From Neophaeotheca triangularis (lineage: Eukaryota), in the NCBI GenBank assembly GCA_054600435.1, contig BAAIJX010000016.1:186001-250000 (forward strand): a stretch of 64,000 nucleotides of DNA. The letters are read 5' to 3'. The translations under genes were made by a program, and so were the position numbers. Below are positions 60,377 through 64,000 of this stretch, in pieces. The notes beneath the pieces were generated by a model. That model was not told the DNA's origin, did no database searches, and was given only the letters and a program-made list of their open reading frames with translations. How positions within the stretch are numbered: position 1 is the first letter of the stretch; every line of letters begins with the position of its first letter.

Positions 60377-61866
60377 TGTGGTGGTGTCGTTGCCCCTTGG
60401 CAGGTGGGGGAAGTAGGAAGTTCGAATCGCTGCAACGCTACACAGGGGATATTAAGGGAAACAGAAACGAAGGGCGACAGTAGGGTAGGATGTTGTCTTT
60501 GTCAAGTTGTGAAGCTATGCCCAGCTCCAACCCAAGCCCTGGGTGACGTCCCCTCGCTAGCGTCAACGTGGAGAGACCCTGAGCCGTGCTGACTGCTGCA
60601 GGTGAGCGTACGCGCGCGGAGAGTGGCTTGGCCCGCCCGTGAAAGCTTGGCGCCCACCTCGCGTCCGTGGATGACTTCACTTCGCCTCCGCGACAACTTC
60701 GCCTTTCCAGAATCCTCCCATTCCCTAGGTACTAGAGGTCATATGCTCTCAGACGACGTTGTCACCGCCTCCAACAGCGTGCACACTTTAGTCAAGATCT
60801 CGTCTGCTTCCCAGGCATACGGTAAGTATCTACAACCGGCCATGTTTGTAGAGGGCCACGACAACGCAAACGCCAGAAGAGTCCGTTACGCAAGAGGATT
60901 TCGTACCTCGTCTAAGGGATCCACGCCTTTTCGCCACCAAGGCGGACCTCTCCCGGCGAAGATGCGCCAGAACTACGCTGATGCACCGACGCTCGTTCGC
61001 CATCACCCCATGGTCGGTTCGAGCCGATCGGTAGCGTGGTGGCTCGAGGGTTTGATGATGAGACTGCCGGGAACGAGAGTAAGGAAGCCGAACCTTTTGC
61101 AAGTCTAGCAACTTTGCTTTTTGGTCTGAGAGGGATGGATTGGCGGGGAAATTCCTTCTCTCGGCGGTGGTTGGATGGAAGCAGGCAGACGCTCTGGCAG
61201 TATTGTTGGCGTTGCAGGGATGAGTGGCGTAGGCTCAGGGTAGGTGGATGGCGGTGTTGAGACGGGCTTGTTGTTGAACCGAGAGGGTAATAGGAATGGT
61301 GGGAAACGCAATGTTGTATGGAACGGCGTCAATTTTCAGTGCTATCTGCGCCATCTGCTGTTGCTCCCGATAGCCTTTTCCCGCAGCCTCTTAGTCCCCC
61401 CACTTCTAGCGATCTCTACGACACTCGGCGATTCTATTATCAGACCGTAGTATAGCCTACGTATCACCGGCTAAACCGCCGAGAACACTCACTCCAACCA
61501 CAGCCAACCCCCGTTCTCGTTGTAAAACCAGCGGGGCCAGTCTCTCTGTCCTTCGCGCCTAGTATCTGCAGGCGCAAATTTGCGGGTTAGCGCCATGTAA
61601 TGGTTCCATGCGGCGCGCGAAAGTACCAACCTAGTGCTCCCGCTGCGGTAAACCGCGCTGTCCTTGCGAGCCTTGTCGTCAGACTCCACAACTCCCGCAG
61701 GCCCGTCATACCCTCCAGCAGCATGCCCGGAAGAACGCTCGCGATGGTAGCCGCGGCGGTCGGCAGCAGGGCCCAGGGGGATGCAGTTGGCGGAAGAACC
61801 CACAGACTTCTTCATCTCCTGCCCGGGCTTCTTCACAGCGCCCGAGGCAGTGACACGGTCGCCCTC

Positions 61867-62712
61867 CTAGAACGGCCTGCCACCGCCTCGGCCGCTGCGG
61901 GCCCCATACCCGCCGCCTCCATACCCCCCAGCAGCCGGGCCCGCAGGAGGTCTCTCACCCCTGTTCCAAGCACCCGAGGGCGCACCACCATACCCACCGC
62001 GACTACCACTGCCGAAACCACTCCTTCCCCCTCCATACCCGCCAGGTCCGCCGAATCCACCACGACCGTAGCCATTCTCTCTCATCCCACCAGGGTAGCT
62101 GCGTCCACCGCCGGGACCAGGGGGCGCACCACCACGCGCAGCAGGAACAGGAGCCACACGCCCGTCCGCGCCGGGAGGGTAGACAGAGCAGACAATGTAA
62201 TCGCCAATCACGAACCTCGCCTCGGCCAAGCTCTTGCCAGCATCACCTTCCAAGTCCTTGAGATCCACGGTAGCCGTCGCAGCATCCCCATCCGCATCCG
62301 TCGCGGGAAGTTCGGCACCTACTCCTCCAACCACGACGTGCCCCAGAGGCTTATCCAACCACCTTCCCTTCCCTCCAGCGTCAGGCGCGGACCTAGTGTC
62401 GGGGAAGACGAGCTTGAAAACGACTCTCGTGCCCACAGCGGGTGTTGGGAGCATGTTCTTGACTTGCGAGCTCAGCAACTGTACCAATTCACCCAGAGTG
62501 CAGTCCGGCCACGTGTAGATGTGGACGCTGTGGGAGCGCAGCGAGGCGGGGAGCAGTGCGGTGTAGTCTGGGACGTCGGTGGTGTCCTCGGGGGGCGCAA
62601 CGCTGAATTCGGAGGGGGCGAAGAGAGCGGAGCTGCGGTGGAAGACACGCAGGAGGAAGGGCGATTGTTGGGTGCGGTCGATTTTGGACGAGGGGTCGGG
62701 GCGGAGTGCCAT
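61867..62712 (-). CDS. SAP18: Sin3-associated polypeptide 18 (ASAP complex) with RGG-rich tail
   Basis: KIDRTQQSPFLLRVF, IYTWPDCTLGEL and ARFVIGDYIVCSV. Confidence 0.9.
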   Translation of the reverse strand: MALRPDPSSKIDRTQQSPFLLRVFHRSSALFAPSEFSVAPPEDTTDVPDYTALLPASLRSHSVHIYTWPDCTLGELVQLLSSQVKNMLPTPAVGTRVVFKLVFPDTRSAPDAGGKGRWLDKPLGHVVVGGVGAELPATDADGDAATATVDLKDLEGDAGKSLAEARFVIGDYIVCSVYPPGADGRVAPVPAARGGAPPGPGGGRSYPGGMRENGYGRGGFGGPGGYGGGRSGFGSGSRGGYGGAPSGAWNRGERPPAGPAAGGYGGGGYGARSGRGGGRPF

Positions 62713-63752
62713 GTTGGAGAGGGTGTGGTTTATGTGGGTGAGGTGAGTAGGGTGAGTGTAGGGTAGGTTTCGTGGTTAACTGTATTCGAAATTGATGTGA
62801 TCGCAGTATGATGTAGTGTGCGTCAGTCAATGACAGTGACGGACGTGAGATTGTGGAATAGAATAGTAGGTTGTAGGTCGTAGGGTTGCGACGCGGAAGT
62901 TGAAGTACGAGCGCGCAAAAATGTCGACTTGTTGCAGGTGAGCTTCCAAACCCAGAGCTTGGACGCGCTTATCTTAGCGCCGGAGGGGAGATACCGTCTG
63001 CCGACCGCAGAGCGATTGGATGGGCATGCTAAGCACAAAATCACAGACTCGTTCTAGTGTACAAGCGAGAGTGATTGCAACGGGTAAAACTTTCATGGAT
63101 TCTCTTAGCACTCTAATCTCCCCAAAGCTACAAATACACAACTCCACCAAAAGCCACCTTGGCCAGTAAACCCTCAAGAAGGTAGAGAAAAGAAAGCAAG
63201 CGGTCCACGTGTTGAAGCAAACCGTCAGCCCAGTCCCTCGTAAAGCTCCATTAAGAAGAATGAGCACCACACAAAGAGCTCGTTTCCTTGGGCGTAAAAC
63301 AAACAAGCGCCACAGAAAGCCCAGAGAACTGGCAACAACAGGGGTATCTTCCCATCCACAACTCCGACACATCCTTCCTCCACCGCAAAACGCTAAACGC
63401 CGCAAAAGGGTTCCGTAAAGATGCTTGGGGTGCTTGAGGAGACTTGAGGAGAGACTGTTAATGCCATTTCTCTCTAGGGATATTGGAGGGCGAGAGGTTG
63501 GATGATTGCGGCTTTGAGCCGCCGGGGAAAAGGGGAAAGCAGGTGGCGGCAGCGAGGAGAGCGCGTATCCAGCGGTCATTTGGGCTCCCTTGCCTGCTTG
63601 TGTCTTCTGTTTTCTTACCTGTGGTTAGGAAAATTCCGTTGGCTTTCCGGCAGGTTGGGAAAGGGGAGTTAGTAGGCTGTGGGTTAGTTCCGGCGGAGGA
63701 GGTCCAGCAAGCAAAGTTGTCGGTCAAAGGGGTTGTTTCGCAGTCGATAAGC

Positions 63753-64000
63753 TCAAGAGTCGGCAGCGCTGGTAGGATGAGCAGCCTCGACAGCCTCCGA
63801 AGACTTGGACTTCTTCAACGCGGGCTCGGGCTCATCATCGTCTGTGAACAAGTCTTCATCAAATTCGTCAAATGGGCGCTTGGCTGGGGTTGTTGGAGAA
63901 GCCGCAGTCTTTGCAGCCTCTTGTGCTTGATACTCGGTCGGCGTAAGATCGTCCCATACGATGTCGTCTTCTGGGCCCTCCTCAATGCTGTTGTCGAGAG
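63753..64000 (-). CDS. 3' end of an acidic hypothetical protein continuing beyond the window
   Basis: Open frame LDNSIEEGPEDDIVWDD...PAKRPFDEFDEDLF...PALKKSK...DS* from the window edge. Confidence 0.45.
   Translation of the reverse strand, partial: LDNSIEEGPEDDIVWDDLTPTEYQAQEAAKTAASPTTPAKRPFDEFDEDLFTDDDEPEPALKKSKSSEAVEAAHPTSAADS

Noticed and set aside
4125..62712. Apparent cluster of RNA-processing genes (DUS1, DBP6, TRZ1, PRP18, SAP18)
   Set aside because: They belong to different pathways, are interspersed with unrelated genes, and the class is common; nothing beyond chance.
61600..62766. 388-aa plus-strand ORF
   Set aside because: Antisense to GC-rich SAP18; no recognisable motifs.

Overview
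This is eukaryotic, intron-containing DNA from a filamentous ascomycete. Introns are of the GT(A/G)AG...CT(A/G)AC...YAG type; a Dothideomycete origin is my inference. Conserved genes I can recognise: 2-methylcitrate dehydratase, DUS1, an NmrA-like oxidoreductase, GPI3/PIG-A, DBP6, two SET-domain proteins, a bZIP factor, tRNase Z (TRZ1), mitochondrial 2-methylisocitrate lyase, a DHA1-type MFS transporter, PRP18, a HET-domain protein, a VHS-like/GAT protein and SAP18. The most unusual parts are: (1) a ~10 kb tandem array (39.9-50.0 kb, all minus strand) of small orphan genes and pseudogenes, most ending in acidic W-V-x-V/L motifs that fit the Atg8-interacting motif and several sharing an intron position; (2) a 1.15 kb foldback-like TIR element with a 4-bp target duplication and RIP-type transitions, just upstream of the bZIP gene; (3) an ATG-less, presequence-like N-terminal extension of tRNase Z that opens at a TTG in strong initiation context; (4) an orphan protein with SIM-like and tandem UIM-like motifs, preceded by a ~285-bp triplicated unit; (5) a degraded CCHC zinc-knuckle gene. 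All assignments come from reading motifs by eye; no database searches were run.
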